Shown: positions 20,611 to 30,667 of the stretch, piece by piece
How positions within the stretch are numbered: the stretch's first letter is position 1
Layout: every line of letters begins with the position of its first letter
Assembly (NCBI GenBank): GCA_046116545.1
Contig: CP175956.1
Location: forward strand, 705,734 to 769,733
Direction of reading: 5' to 3'
DNA: 64,000 nucleotides
From: Candidatus Moraniibacteriota bacterium
GTDB taxonomy: Bacteria > Patescibacteriota > Minisyncoccia > Moranbacterales > GCA-2747515
The notes under the pieces: generated by a model
Told to the model about the DNA's origin: nothing
What the model saw: the letters and a program-made list of their open reading frames with translations, nothing else
The model's database searches: none
Made by a program: the position numbers and the translations under genes

Positions 20611-21219
20611 TTATTCCCTAATTACTTCAATATTATCCATATCCATCAAATTCACAAGTCTTGATGGTTTTTGTTTTGGTAATATACCTGCATCTACCAC
20701 AATATCTGGTTTTACGTCTTTGAAATATTTATCTATTTCAGAAATGTCTTCCAATTCTTTTTTACCAGTAATATTAAGACTTGTAGAAACGATTGGAGCA
20801 TCTAGTACTTTTATCAAGTGTAATAAAAATTCACTTTTTGGTAACCGTACTGCAATTCCTTGGTCTTCACTTATTAGTTCTTTTATTACATTATTATTCC
20901 TACCTTTCAATATCACTGTTAGAGCACGTTCTTTTGACCATTCTTTTTTCAAATAATCATATTGTCGTTTAGACAAAAAACAATATTTTCTAATCATGCA
21001 AAAACTTCGCACTAATGATATTAAGTGCTTCTGTTGCTGGGGTGTGCGTTTCTTGATTTTATAAATCTTATCAATCGCATTTTGACTCGTTGCAATAGCA
21101 CTAAAACCATATACAGTTTCTGTCTGCAAAACCACAACATTCCCATCCTTTATCCTACCAGCAACAATCTCAACATCATCACTAGAAAAATCATCTAGAT
21201 CTATTTTTATAATTTCCAT
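20611..21219 (-). CDS. tsaC: L-threonylcarbamoyladenylate synthase (Sua5/YrdC)
   Basis: TETVYG, KIYKIKKR, AVRLP, STSLNITG. Confidence 0.9.
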   Translation of the reverse strand: MEIIKIDLDDFSSDDVEIVAGRIKDGNVVVLQTETVYGFSAIATSQNAIDKIYKIKKRTPQQQKHLISLVRSFCMIRKYCFLSKRQYDYLKKEWSKERALTVILKGRNNNVIKELISEDQGIAVRLPKSEFLLHLIKVLDAPIVSTSLNITGKKELEDISEIDKYFKDVKPDIVVDAGILPKQKPSRLVNLMDMDNIEVIRE

Positions 21220-21222
21220 CCA

Positions 21223-24200
21223 CTATACAACAATGCTGATAAGCTTTCCTTGTACAAAAATTACTTTTCTTACTTCTTTCCCGTCTATGTGTTTTTGTAC
21301 ATTTTCACTTGCTAATGCTTTTTCTGTTGCTTCTTCTTCTGTTATTCCTGTTGCTACACTTATTTTATCTCGTACCTTACCATTTACTTGTACAACTAGT
21401 TCTATTTCATCATCTACCAAATACTTTTCATCATATTCTGGCCAACTTTCTTCTATCAAAAATGTATTATTGCCCATCTCACTCCATAACTCTTGTGTTA
21501 AGTGTGGTGCAAAAGGTGACAGTACTTTTAAGAATTTACCAAAGTCTTCACTAGAAATACTTTTTTCAGTCTCTATTTCATTTGAAAGCATCATCATTGC
21601 ACTTATTGCTGTGTTGTATTTCATGTCTTCTATATCTTCTCCTACTTTTTTGATTGTTTTGTTTAATGTTCCTTTTAGCTTTTTAGATGTTTCAGCTTCT
21701 GTCCATTCACTATGATAAATCTTCCAAATCCTCTCCAAAAACTTTCTCGGACCAACAAGTCCATCAGTACTCCAAGCAACTGACGCATCAAATGGTCCCA
21801 TGAACATTTCATATACTCTGAATGTATCAGAGCCAAACCTATCGATTATATCATCAGGATTTATAACATTACCCCAACGCTTACTCATCTTACGTCCATC
21901 CTCTGCCATGATAAGTCCAACTGTCTGTAATTTTGAAAACGGTTCGTCATATGAAACAACTCCTATGTCATATAAGAACTTATGCCAAAATCGTGCATAA
22001 ATAAGATGTCGTGTAGCATGTTCTGCTCCACCTACATAAAAATCAACTGGTGACCAATATTTTTCTTTATCTTTATCAATTAATGCACTATCATTTTTTG
22101 GATCAATATACCTCAAGTAATACCAACTAGACCCAGCCCATTGTGGCATAGTATTTGTCTCACGCTTAGCCGGACCACTACACTCAGGACACTCAGTATT
22201 CACCCAGTCGTCAATTGCAGCAAGTGGTGATTCACCTGTTCCCGTTGGCTCATAGCTTTCCACCTCTGGAAGTATTAACGGTAGTTCATCTTCTGGCACA
22301 GTAACAACTCCACACTTCTCACAATGAATTAAAGGGATAGGTTCTCCCCAATACCTCTGACGACTAAACACCCAATCACGAAGCTTATAACTAGTAGTCA
22401 TTTCACCACCAGCCTTCTGCGTAATTGCTTCTTTAGCATCTTCTGAATCCATGCCATCAAATTCTCCAGAATTAACCATGATACCCGTTCCTGTAAAAAC
22501 TTTATCATTATTTATTTTATCCCACATAAATCTTTGACCTCCTGCTACAATTGCACTCTCCACTTCTTTCGCTGTCATCCATACGATATCATGTTTTACT
22601 TTTTCTTCATCACTTACTACATTTTGTTCATCACTTTCTAATTCAAAATAAAATGATTCAAAATGTGCAAATCTGTTAACATTTTTTGGATTATGAAAAA
22701 ACTTACTATGTGATTTACCTAAATTTTTAATCAATTTTAAATTTTTATAACCAGTCTCTTCTAAAATCTCAGTTCGTGCTGCTTCTTGGGCAGTTTGACC
22801 TTCTTCAATTCCTCCTGTAATAAATGTAATCCAAGCTACTTTCTTCCACTTTAATGTTAAATATTTATCTTCTTCCCAATGTTTCACAATTGCGGTAATT
22901 GTATCTCTTTCTATAAATTCTAAATCTTTTTTTGGTGCACTACTTTTTGTTTTATCTATAAATAATGGTTCTACAACTTCTTGCATATCAACGTCATATT
23001 TCTGAGCAAACTCAAAATCACGCTCATCATGAGCAGGTACTGCCATAATTGCACCAGTTCCATAATCAGCCAAAACATAATCTGCAATGAAGATTGGAAT
23101 TTCTTCGCCATTAACTGGATTTACTGCCATCACACCCTCAAGCCTTACACCTGTCTTTTCTTTTCCTTCAGCAGTTCGCTCAATCTCAGTTTTTGCTTGT
23201 GTTTGCTTTTGATACTCTGCAACTTCACTTCTATTTACAATCTCTAATTGTTCAAGTAACCCATGCTCAGGAGCAAGTACCATATAAGTAGCACCATATA
23301 AAGTATCTGGACGTGTTGTAAATACTTTGATGGATTTACCATTATCACTTTTACCTCCAACAGAACTCAGAGACAAACTATGACTGAAATCTAAAATTTC
23401 AACTATAACCTCTGGGAGTTCTTGTTTTATCAGCTTACTACCAAAATGCCCTTTATTATCAAATTTCAAAAATTTTGCATCTAATCCTTTTGCATTTTTC
23501 TCTCCATGTTCAAATGGCACCCAATCATCATCATGCGAATGAAGCACAACAAAATCATCACAATGTTGTTTAATTTTTTCAAAATCATATCCATCTTCAG
23601 TATAAAATCCATGTGTATTTTCTTTTGTATGTTTATCATCAATTTTTGCATAATTAGCAGCAACCAAAATAACTTTTTTGACTTTAAAATCTTTTGGCTG
23701 TTTTTCTAACCATCTCAAAATTGCAACACCTCCACGAGAATGTCCTATTAAAACTGTATTTTTGTTTGGCTTCAATTCGTCCAATTGAGCTAACCATTCA
23801 TCCATGTATGGATTTTCAGCATTCTTCAGAACTGGTGCCACAAATAAAATACCTTTTTTATTCATTTCTTCAGCAAGCCATAAATACCACTTTTCTTGTG
23901 GGTTTGTGTCCTTTCCATGCATCAAAATAACGTTTTCTTCTTGTTCTACGACTTTTTTTTGCAATAAACTTAAAATTTCTGGCACTTCTTTAACATTTTC
24001 ATCCTCACTCATGTGTCCATATTCTTTTAATATCTGAATATTAGCAATATCACCAAAATTTTCAATATAATACTCTCTTATCTCATCTGTAATCCAACCA
24101 TCCTTTTCACCAAAAATACAATTCATGTATGTAACATTTTGCTTTACCATTTCAATGTCTAAATTTCTATCTTGATAATTTTTAAAAATAATTAGTTCTT

Positions 24201-25263
24201 CTTTTGTTAATTTTTCTTTGAATTGTTCAAAATATAAACTATCTGGTTTTTCAAAACCAACGGGAGCGACAAGAACAAGGTTTTTTATCTTATATTTTTC
24301 TGCTAATTTCATCGCCAAAAGTCCACCCATACTATGTCCAACAACAGAAAAATCTTGAAGATTATTTTTTGCAATTTTTTCTTCTATAAAATTATACCAC
24401 TCATCAAAATCTGGCGTATCCGTATTTGGTGCATCAAACGCAAATACTCTGTGACCATCTTTTTCTAAAGAATCTTTTAACCACGGAATAAAATCAGTTT
24501 TTGAGCTACTTTCCCAACCATGTAAAATTAAAACATTTTCTTTTAATTCTTCATTCTTAATTCTAAATTCTATATTTGCTCCCTCACTTCGTCCTATCCA
24601 ATTCCTCTGTGATTCTTTGATGCTTTCTTGCCAATCAAGTTTATCTATGTCAGCGAGCATCCTATCTGCATAATCCGTAATTTTTATAACCCATTGTGGA
24701 ATTTTCTTTTTCTCAATCGGTGTATCACATCTCTCACAACAACCATTCTCTAAATCTTCATTTGCAAGTCCCGTTTTGCACGATGGGCACCAGTTAATCG
24801 GTTCATTTGATTGAAATATTAATCCCTTTTTATACATCTGAATAAAAGTCCACTGAGTCCATTTATAAAACTCTGGGTCTGTAGTCGAAATCTCTCGCTC
24901 CCAATCATAATTAAGAGAAATCTTTTCTAATTGTTTTTTAAAGGTTGCAATATTTTTATCCGTTCCTATACGTGGATGTACTTTATTTTTAAGTGCATAC
25001 TGTTCAGCAGGAAGTCCAAAAGCATCCCACCCCATTGGATGAAGTACATTGAAATTTTGCATTTTTTTATACCGAGAGATAATATCTGTTGCAATATAAC
25101 CCTTAGGATGACCCACATGGAGTCCTTCTCCTGATGGATATGGAAACATATCAAGAATATAAAATTTCTCTTTATCAGAGTCCTCTGTCGTTTTATAGAC
25201 ATTTGACTCATTCCATTTTTTACGCCATTTATCCTCAATTTCTTTGTGCTTATAGATTTTCAT
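21223..25263 (-). CDS. leuS: Leucyl-tRNA synthetase with two inserted alpha/beta-hydrolase domains and a NUDIX domain
   Basis: MFPYPSGEGLHVGH, FTTRPDT, GTGAIMAVPAHDERD, KMSKR; 1346 aa. Confidence 0.97.
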   Translation of the reverse strand: MKIYKHKEIEDKWRKKWNESNVYKTTEDSDKEKFYILDMFPYPSGEGLHVGHPKGYIATDIISRYKKMQNFNVLHPMGWDAFGLPAEQYALKNKVHPRIGTDKNIATFKKQLEKISLNYDWEREISTTDPEFYKWTQWTFIQMYKKGLIFQSNEPINWCPSCKTGLANEDLENGCCERCDTPIEKKKIPQWVIKITDYADRMLADIDKLDWQESIKESQRNWIGRSEGANIEFRIKNEELKENVLILHGWESSSKTDFIPWLKDSLEKDGHRVFAFDAPNTDTPDFDEWYNFIEEKIAKNNLQDFSVVGHSMGGLLAMKLAEKYKIKNLVLVAPVGFEKPDSLYFEQFKEKLTKEELIIFKNYQDRNLDIEMVKQNVTYMNCIFGEKDGWITDEIREYYIENFGDIANIQILKEYGHMSEDENVKEVPEILSLLQKKVVEQEENVILMHGKDTNPQEKWYLWLAEEMNKKGILFVAPVLKNAENPYMDEWLAQLDELKPNKNTVLIGHSRGGVAILRWLEKQPKDFKVKKVILVAANYAKIDDKHTKENTHGFYTEDGYDFEKIKQHCDDFVVLHSHDDDWVPFEHGEKNAKGLDAKFLKFDNKGHFGSKLIKQELPEVIVEILDFSHSLSLSSVGGKSDNGKSIKVFTTRPDTLYGATYMVLAPEHGLLEQLEIVNRSEVAEYQKQTQAKTEIERTAEGKEKTGVRLEGVMAVNPVNGEEIPIFIADYVLADYGTGAIMAVPAHDERDFEFAQKYDVDMQEVVEPLFIDKTKSSAPKKDLEFIERDTITAIVKHWEEDKYLTLKWKKVAWITFITGGIEEGQTAQEAARTEILEETGYKNLKLIKNLGKSHSKFFHNPKNVNRFAHFESFYFELESDEQNVVSDEEKVKHDIVWMTAKEVESAIVAGGQRFMWDKINNDKVFTGTGIMVNSGEFDGMDSEDAKEAITQKAGGEMTTSYKLRDWVFSRQRYWGEPIPLIHCEKCGVVTVPEDELPLILPEVESYEPTGTGESPLAAIDDWVNTECPECSGPAKRETNTMPQWAGSSWYYLRYIDPKNDSALIDKDKEKYWSPVDFYVGGAEHATRHLIYARFWHKFLYDIGVVSYDEPFSKLQTVGLIMAEDGRKMSKRWGNVINPDDIIDRFGSDTFRVYEMFMGPFDASVAWSTDGLVGPRKFLERIWKIYHSEWTEAETSKKLKGTLNKTIKKVGEDIEDMKYNTAISAMMMLSNEIETEKSISSEDFGKFLKVLSPFAPHLTQELWSEMGNNTFLIEESWPEYDEKYLVDDEIELVVQVNGKVRDKISVATGITEEEATEKALASENVQKHIDGKEVRKVIFVQGKLISIVV

Positions 25264-25268
25264 AATTA

Positions 25269-25321
25269 AAAATACGATAAAGTTATATCTATAACCTTAT
25301 CGTATTTTGATGTTTTTTTCA
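25269..25321 (-). repeat. Terminator-like hairpin element, copy 1 (copy 2 at 26320-26373)
   Basis: AAAATACGATAA...TTATCGTATTTTGATGTTTTTTTCA. Confidence 0.75.
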
Positions 25322-25657
25322 AACACCTGTCGTATTGCGAGGAAGCCCCGCTATCCTACACACATATTCGTACCAACCCTCATCTCTGTTTTGATGCTCA
25401 TATGGAAATATTTTTGTGATTATATTAATATCCACAATATCCTCATCACACAACTCCCCTTGGGTCGGAGGATGCTTTTTTTGTTTGTAATAATTGCGTA
25501 AAAACAGAATGACCTCCCAACATCCAGCATCTTTGATGTGACAATCTGGAAAATGACTTCTACTCCACTTTTCATTCCAATCACAAAACCTTAGCAAGTA
25601 CCCATAACTATCGCTATCATAATCTTCTCTTAAATCATCATACGTATTAACGGCCAT
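25319..25657 (-). CDS. DsrC/TusE-family protein lacking the C-terminal cysteine
   Basis: GYLL..WNE, WEVILFLRNYY, KIFP, CRIAGLPRNTTGV. Confidence 0.7.
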   Translation of the reverse strand: MAVNTYDDLREDYDSDSYGYLLRFCDWNEKWSRSHFPDCHIKDAGCWEVILFLRNYYKQKKHPPTQGELCDEDIVDINIITKIFPYEHQNRDEGWYEYVCRIAGLPRNTTGV

Positions 25658-25724
25658 AATAATTACCTCCTTGATAGCAAGCTTCTGATTTTAATGTTAA
25701 ATTACTTAGTTTTTTTCAAATACA

Positions 25725-26177
25725 TCAGAATTTTTGACGCATCGGCCTTTTACCTGTAATTTTTTTATCTACCGCGTCAAGGATTAAATCTTCCCCGCCA
25801 ATCCATACACTACCTGATTCACTACTACTGAGGTAGTAACCTTGTGAAGAGCTTAGAAACTCTTCTGCAAGTTGATGGTACTGAAGCATGTTAGTACTGT
25901 TATGTTTATGTGCATATAAGATTGCACTTATCATCGCATGTGATCCTGGTTTAATAAAAATCACACAGTCCGTATTACGATCAATAATTGGCCAAAGCTC
26001 ACATACACGCAAGATTTGCGCAAGATCACACCATGTACGTACAAAATCATTTCGCTGAAAAATCGGCACACAACCTCCACACTCTTTTACAAGATGAGCA
26101 TACAACCAATCTTCAAGTTGTTTGCTTACATTGAATTTTTTAACAAATTCATCAATCGTTATAACAATTTCTTTCAT
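25725..26177 (-). CDS. Hypothetical protein
   Basis: 150-aa ORF with purine-rich RBS. Confidence 0.6.
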   Translation of the reverse strand: MKEIVITIDEFVKKFNVSKQLEDWLYAHLVKECGGCVPIFQRNDFVRTWCDLAQILRVCELWPIIDRNTDCVIFIKPGSHAMISAILYAHKHNSTNMLQYHQLAEEFLSSSQGYYLSSSESGSVWIGGEDLILDAVDKKITGKRPMRQKF

Positions 26178-26319
26178 CTCTTTTCCTCGAATATGTATAT
26201 AATTTAAAAAAATATTATAAAAAATATAAAAGAACCAACTAAAAAGTATATCACTTGTTATCTATTTCGTCAATGATTTTTACAACTAATTTCTTTATGT
26301 TTATAAATTTCTATAATTT

Positions 26320-26373
26320 AAAATACGATAAGATTATTTCTATAACCTTATCGTATATTTTGATGTTTTTTCA
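26320..26373 (-). repeat. Terminator-like hairpin element, copy 2
   Basis: Near-identical to 25269-25321, also abutting a TGA stop. Confidence 0.75.
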
Positions 26374-26859
26374 AGTCAATATTTTTTGCCTTAATGAATC
26401 AAATACAGATTTTGCAAGAACAATGGATAGTGGTAAGCACACAAAACATGATGCTAAATATGAAATCCACTCTACTACAATCCCAGAACTAACATCATCC
26501 ATGATAACAGCATCCCAACAAATAAATGATGATATCGTCACAATACTAACTCCCACAATAATAGATAAACCACCAACAAACATCTTTGACCACCATGATT
26601 TCAAAGATAACCCTATATCTAAATCATCCTCAAGTATAATGACAAGAGGAAAAATAATCGATGCTACTATGTAACACACAATCCCTATTGCTCCAAATAG
26701 CATTCCCAGCCAATCATTTGCAAAAACATTATCAGTTAAATATACACTAACCATTCCAATAATAGCAATAACTGGAATTACTATAAGTATTATGCAATTA
26801 TGTACGAACATATGTGCAAATATTCCTACATAATCACCTTCAAATTGATATACTGACAA
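26371..26859 (-). CDS. Hypothetical membrane protein (start uncertain)
   Basis: Four hydrophobic helices. Confidence 0.6.
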   Translation of the reverse strand: MSVYQFEGDYVGIFAHMFVHNCIILIVIPVIAIIGMVSVYLTDNVFANDWLGMLFGAIGIVCYIVASIIFPLVIILEDDLDIGLSLKSWWSKMFVGGLSIIVGVSIVTISSFICWDAVIMDDVSSGIVVEWISYLASCFVCLPLSIVLAKSVFDSLRQKILT

Positions 26860-26903
26860 AATATTAATAAATAATATGCCAAAAGTGATTATACAAAGTG
26901 TAA

Positions 26904-27188
26904 CTATATGCCTCTTACGCTTGGTTGTAAAATGCCCGTAATGAATATTTCTTGCTCATTTATCCTTACATTCTCACCTTTCCACAATTTCTTTTTTTGC
27001 TCTAAACTCAAAATGATGTCTTTTGGTACAGGCTCTGTTGCAAATTCTCCAATTTTTGTCCAATTTTCTACAATTATAGTACCATCCGCCTGTGTAACTT
27101 CTTCAAATTTTTGTACATCACCTGCAAAAACATTGTTAGCACACAAAATGCTAATCACTACAACTATTATCTTTAATATTTGCAACAT
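26904..27188 (-). CDS. Small secreted hypothetical protein
   Basis: Signal peptide ending VFA; GGGGGAG RBS. Confidence 0.6.
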   Translation of the reverse strand: MLQILKIIVVVISILCANNVFAGDVQKFEEVTQADGTIIVENWTKIGEFATEPVPKDIILSLEQKKKLWKGENVRINEQEIFITGILQPSVRGI

Positions 27189-27253
27189 CTTCTCTCCCCC
27201 TTTTAATATGAGTTCATTTCTTCATTGTTAAATTACGATAGTTCAATATACCA

Positions 27254-28258
27254 TTATTTATTATCACCGTCAATCACATCAGTCTCATCAACAATCTCCC
27301 CAACTAACTCCTCAATGATATCTTCTAAAGTTATAAGTCCGACGAGATCGTTATCTTGTTTTGATTCTACCAAAAACATATGAGAATGTTTTTTATTCAT
27401 CATACGAAATACTTTTTCTATTTCTAAATCTTCTTTTACGTATTGAACATCTGATACAAACTCTCCAAGTGGTTTATCACGCTCATCAGAGTTCAAAACT
27501 TTCATAATAGTATTTACATGTATATATCCAATCATCTTATCTTCATTGTCTCCCTCATATACTGGATAACGTGAATGTCCTATTTGTGATACTTGGTATG
27601 ATATCTGTTCTACTGGTACAGTAGCTGATAATGCAATAATTTTTTCAAACGGCATCATTACATCAGATACTACAATATCATCAAACTGAAAAATATTTTC
27701 AATCATCTCATGTTCTGATTTGTCTATAATTCCATGTTCTACACCTATACGACTGAGAGTTCGTATTTCCTCTTCACTAACTATCTCAGCAGCACTATCA
27801 ACACCCACAGCTTTGTGTAAATACTTACTCATACGATGCAATACAAAAACAACAGGTATAAAAATTACATACATAACATATATTGGCCACGCTGTAATTT
27901 GTGCTATTTTTTCATTTTTTGCTATTGCAAATGATTTTGGTATTATCTCACCAAAAATAAGAATGAAAATTGTAGTTACACCAGTAGCAATCCCCAATGC
28001 AGCACTTCCAAAAAACCTCCCAGCAACAACCGTTGCATACGATGCAGTAAAAAGGTTTACTATATTATTTCCAATAAGAATCGTTATTAATAATCGTTTA
28101 GGTTTTTTCTTTAAGTTATCTATAATATCAGAAGCAAATTTCTTTTTTGTCACCATTAAATGGACTTTTGCTGGAGTAAGCGAAAAAAACGCAGTTTCCG
28201 CACTCGAAAACAACGCTGATAATAATATTAAAACTGTAAAAATGACCACATCACTCAT
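27254..28258 (-). CDS. CNNM/HlyC-CorC family protein (DUF21 + CBS pair)
   Basis: FSSAETAFFSL, TILIGNN, GEIIPK, HSRYPVY, TLEDIIEELVGEI. Confidence 0.92.
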   Translation of the reverse strand: MSDVVIFTVLILLSALFSSAETAFFSLTPAKVHLMVTKKKFASDIIDNLKKKPKRLLITILIGNNIVNLFTASYATVVAGRFFGSAALGIATGVTTIFILIFGEIIPKSFAIAKNEKIAQITAWPIYVMYVIFIPVVFVLHRMSKYLHKAVGVDSAAEIVSEEEIRTLSRIGVEHGIIDKSEHEMIENIFQFDDIVVSDVMMPFEKIIALSATVPVEQISYQVSQIGHSRYPVYEGDNEDKMIGYIHVNTIMKVLNSDERDKPLGEFVSDVQYVKEDLEIEKVFRMMNKKHSHMFLVESKQDNDLVGLITLEDIIEELVGEIVDETDVIDGDNK

Positions 28259-29695
28259 TTATTTCTCTCTAAACATCCAACCAAACAAGCTGAATGAACT
28301 ATTATATTTATCTACAAAATCATACACATCTTTTTTATTTTTTTCAATAGAGTTAATATTTTTTTGTGCAGAGCCTCTTATAGCATCATCACCAATTAAC
28401 TTTATTTTTTCATTTGCTCTTTTTAATTTCGCATCATAATTTTGAATATTCAAAGCCATCTTTCTTAATTCACCATAATCAGGCCCAATAACAAATATAA
28501 ACACCGATGGTCTACTCTCAACTTTCTCTTTAGAAATAATATCCTCATTATTTATTCCACTTGTCTTCATGGTTATTTCTTCAATTTCTCTTTGGATATT
28601 TTTATCTTCCTGCATTTTTTTTCTCAATTCCTCCTGAGCTTTTCTTTTATGCTCTTCTTCTGTTTCTTGCTTATCGATTTCATCTTGCGTTTTCTGTTTC
28701 TCTGCCTCTTGCTCCGCCAATGTTTTTTGCTGAGCTTCATGTTTAGATTTGCTATATTGTTCTATTTCTTTCTTGGTTCTTGTTGCATTTACAATTTTTT
28801 CTTCTGCAAAATGACAAGTCTCAGAAAATTCTCCGTCTTTATTGCTATAAACCTTATTTGCAAGCATTTCCATTGACTTTGTCCAATAATCCACACCAGG
28901 ATTTCCTCCACTTGGTGCCTTGCAATTTATACCATAATCACTATTGCTAGTTATTGTATTGTCTTTTATTTTTACACCACCAATTTTACCTGCACTCTCA
29001 TAATATTGTGCAGCTATTCCACTTGCCTTATTCTTCTTTATTTTATTATCATAAATTTTCAAATCAGATTTTCCAACTATAACTTCAATACCACTTTCTC
29101 CATTACCAGAAATTAAATTACCACTTATAATTCCATCCACATTCGCTCTTATATCAATACCCTCTTCATCATTGTCATAGACATCATTATTTTTGATTTC
29201 AACATTTTTGCCTCTCTGAAGATACATAGCCTTTCCATTACCATATATCATACAATCTTTTACAGTTAACTTTCCATTTCCAACAGTTTCTATTCCTATT
29301 CTGGCATCTTTAATTTTTGAATCTTCTATTTTTACGCTTGCATTATTACTAACATCAATACCACGTCCAGATACAGTTACACTTCTAATAGACGATTCGT
29401 CGTCCATTGTGACTTTACCTGTAATTATAACATCATCCTTATCATCTCCTTCCACATAAACATTTTCTCCTATAGTAATATCTTCATTATATGTCCCTTT
29501 CTGTACGAGAATATCATCACAATCTTCATCAAGCGCCTCATCAATATCCTTATACGGCTCATCACTGCTACCATCGCCATCATCATCCGCATCTTCATCA
29601 ACATAACAAGTATCTGACGCAATCACAAAAACCGGATTAACAAATAAACCGGCTGACACAATCACTATAAAAAGAAATGTGATAATTAATTTCAT
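28259..29695 (-). CDS. Secreted right-handed beta-helix protein with coiled-coil tail
   Basis: Signal peptide, GDGSSDEPYKDI..KGTYNE, repeated N..GI turns. Confidence 0.8.
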   Translation of the reverse strand: MKLIITFLFIVIVSAGLFVNPVFVIASDTCYVDEDADDDGDGSSDEPYKDIDEALDEDCDDILVQKGTYNEDITIGENVYVEGDDKDDVIITGKVTMDDESSIRSVTVSGRGIDVSNNASVKIEDSKIKDARIGIETVGNGKLTVKDCMIYGNGKAMYLQRGKNVEIKNNDVYDNDEEGIDIRANVDGIISGNLISGNGESGIEVIVGKSDLKIYDNKIKKNKASGIAAQYYESAGKIGGVKIKDNTITSNSDYGINCKAPSGGNPGVDYWTKSMEMLANKVYSNKDGEFSETCHFAEEKIVNATRTKKEIEQYSKSKHEAQQKTLAEQEAEKQKTQDEIDKQETEEEHKRKAQEELRKKMQEDKNIQREIEEITMKTSGINNEDIISKEKVESRPSVFIFVIGPDYGELRKMALNIQNYDAKLKRANEKIKLIGDDAIRGSAQKNINSIEKNKKDVYDFVDKYNSSFSLFGWMFREK

Positions 29696-29737
29696 AATGA
29701 TATTATATCACAAACAAGTTTTAAACACTATTTTCTA

Positions 29738-29766
29738 TAGACAATCTACTATTTTTATGCTATGTT
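29738..29766 (+). promoter_or_regulatory. Sigma70-type promoter for the second non-coding unit
   Basis: TAGACA, 17 bp, TG-c-TATGTT. Confidence 0.55.
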
Positions 29767-29772
29767 TATTTT

Positions 29773-30172
29773 ATTATTGATTAATGAAGTCCTTTATACA
29801 AAGGATAGGAATATCGAGTTGAGGGTTATCCATCCCTCTAATTTTCTCTCTCAGCAAAGGCGTCACTGATAAAAGAATGGTGATCATTGCCTCTTCATTG
29901 AGGAGTGTCACTATCATACGCGGTCGTCAAATAGACTAATGTATTACCGTCAATTGTGCACCTCTCATTTAAAGAAATTTAATTGAGAGATTGATACTGA
30001 ATGGGTGTTGATTCAAAAAAAGGATCACGGTAACTCCACAAATAGTCTTTTATAAGAAATTTAATTTTTTATTTAAAGATCAGAGAGCCCAGATCGAATT
30101 CCATGACTCGAGGGTCTGGCTGAGCATTATTCAATGATACCTAAAGCATATGTATGCACCATATGCTTTTTT
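29773..30172 (+). ncRNA. Candidate ~400-nt structured ncRNA, class unknown
   Basis: No ORF; nested helices 29773-86/30125-38, 29814-20/30105-11, 29846-51/30082-87, 29933-38/30043-48, 29944-50/30027-33; bounded by promoter and terminator. Confidence 0.6.
30143..30172 (+). terminator. Intrinsic terminator
   Basis: AAAGCATATG...CATATGCTTTTTT. Confidence 0.7.
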
Positions 30173-30277
30173 ATTTTGTCATCATAGCTATAATCATACA
30201 TTTGAATAATAGAAAATGACCACAGTAGCTGTGGTCATTAAATCTAGCGCTAACTTCTTTTGTAAATTTTAATTATG

Positions 30278-30667
30278 TTATTCATCAAAATATGGTGACT
30301 TCCATGATGGATTGCGATTCTTTAATTCATCCGATATACCAAAATAAATACATGTATTTCCAACTTCAGCCTTACCTTTGTCTTTACATTGTTTTGTGAC
30401 ATCATCACAAATTGGCAAACATTCACTTTTTTCTAACCCATACTCACGATATTCTGCCATTAAAGATTCACATTGGAGATGGCACATAACCTCATCTTCA
30501 CTTTGAGGAGGCTCAGAAAGCCGAGAACCAGCAATTGTATCCACTGATGTTTTTATACCTTGTCCTATTGCTGCTTGTTCTTCTGGTGTTTTGTCACAAC
30601 CACCCAGAAGTCCAATTGCAAAAAATACTATACCAACGGCAAATACTTGATAAGTTTTATTTTTCAA
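30278..30667 (-). CDS. Cys-rich putative lipoprotein
   Basis: LGGC lipobox, GGAGGTG RBS, TTG start. Confidence 0.7.
   Translation of the reverse strand: MKNKTYQVFAVGIVFFAIGLLGGCDKTPEEQAAIGQGIKTSVDTIAGSRLSEPPQSEDEVMCHLQCESLMAEYREYGLEKSECLPICDDVTKQCKDKGKAEVGNTCIYFGISDELKNRNPSWKSPYFDE

Noticed and set aside
27720-28439. 239-aa + strand ORF and similar antisense ORFs (10569, 21233, 56539, 58358)
   Set aside because: Shadows of well-supported minus-strand genes
29933-30048. AGACUA/UAGUCU pairing resembles group I intron P7
   Set aside because: No recognisable P/Q elements or interrupted host gene; kept only as an ncRNA helix
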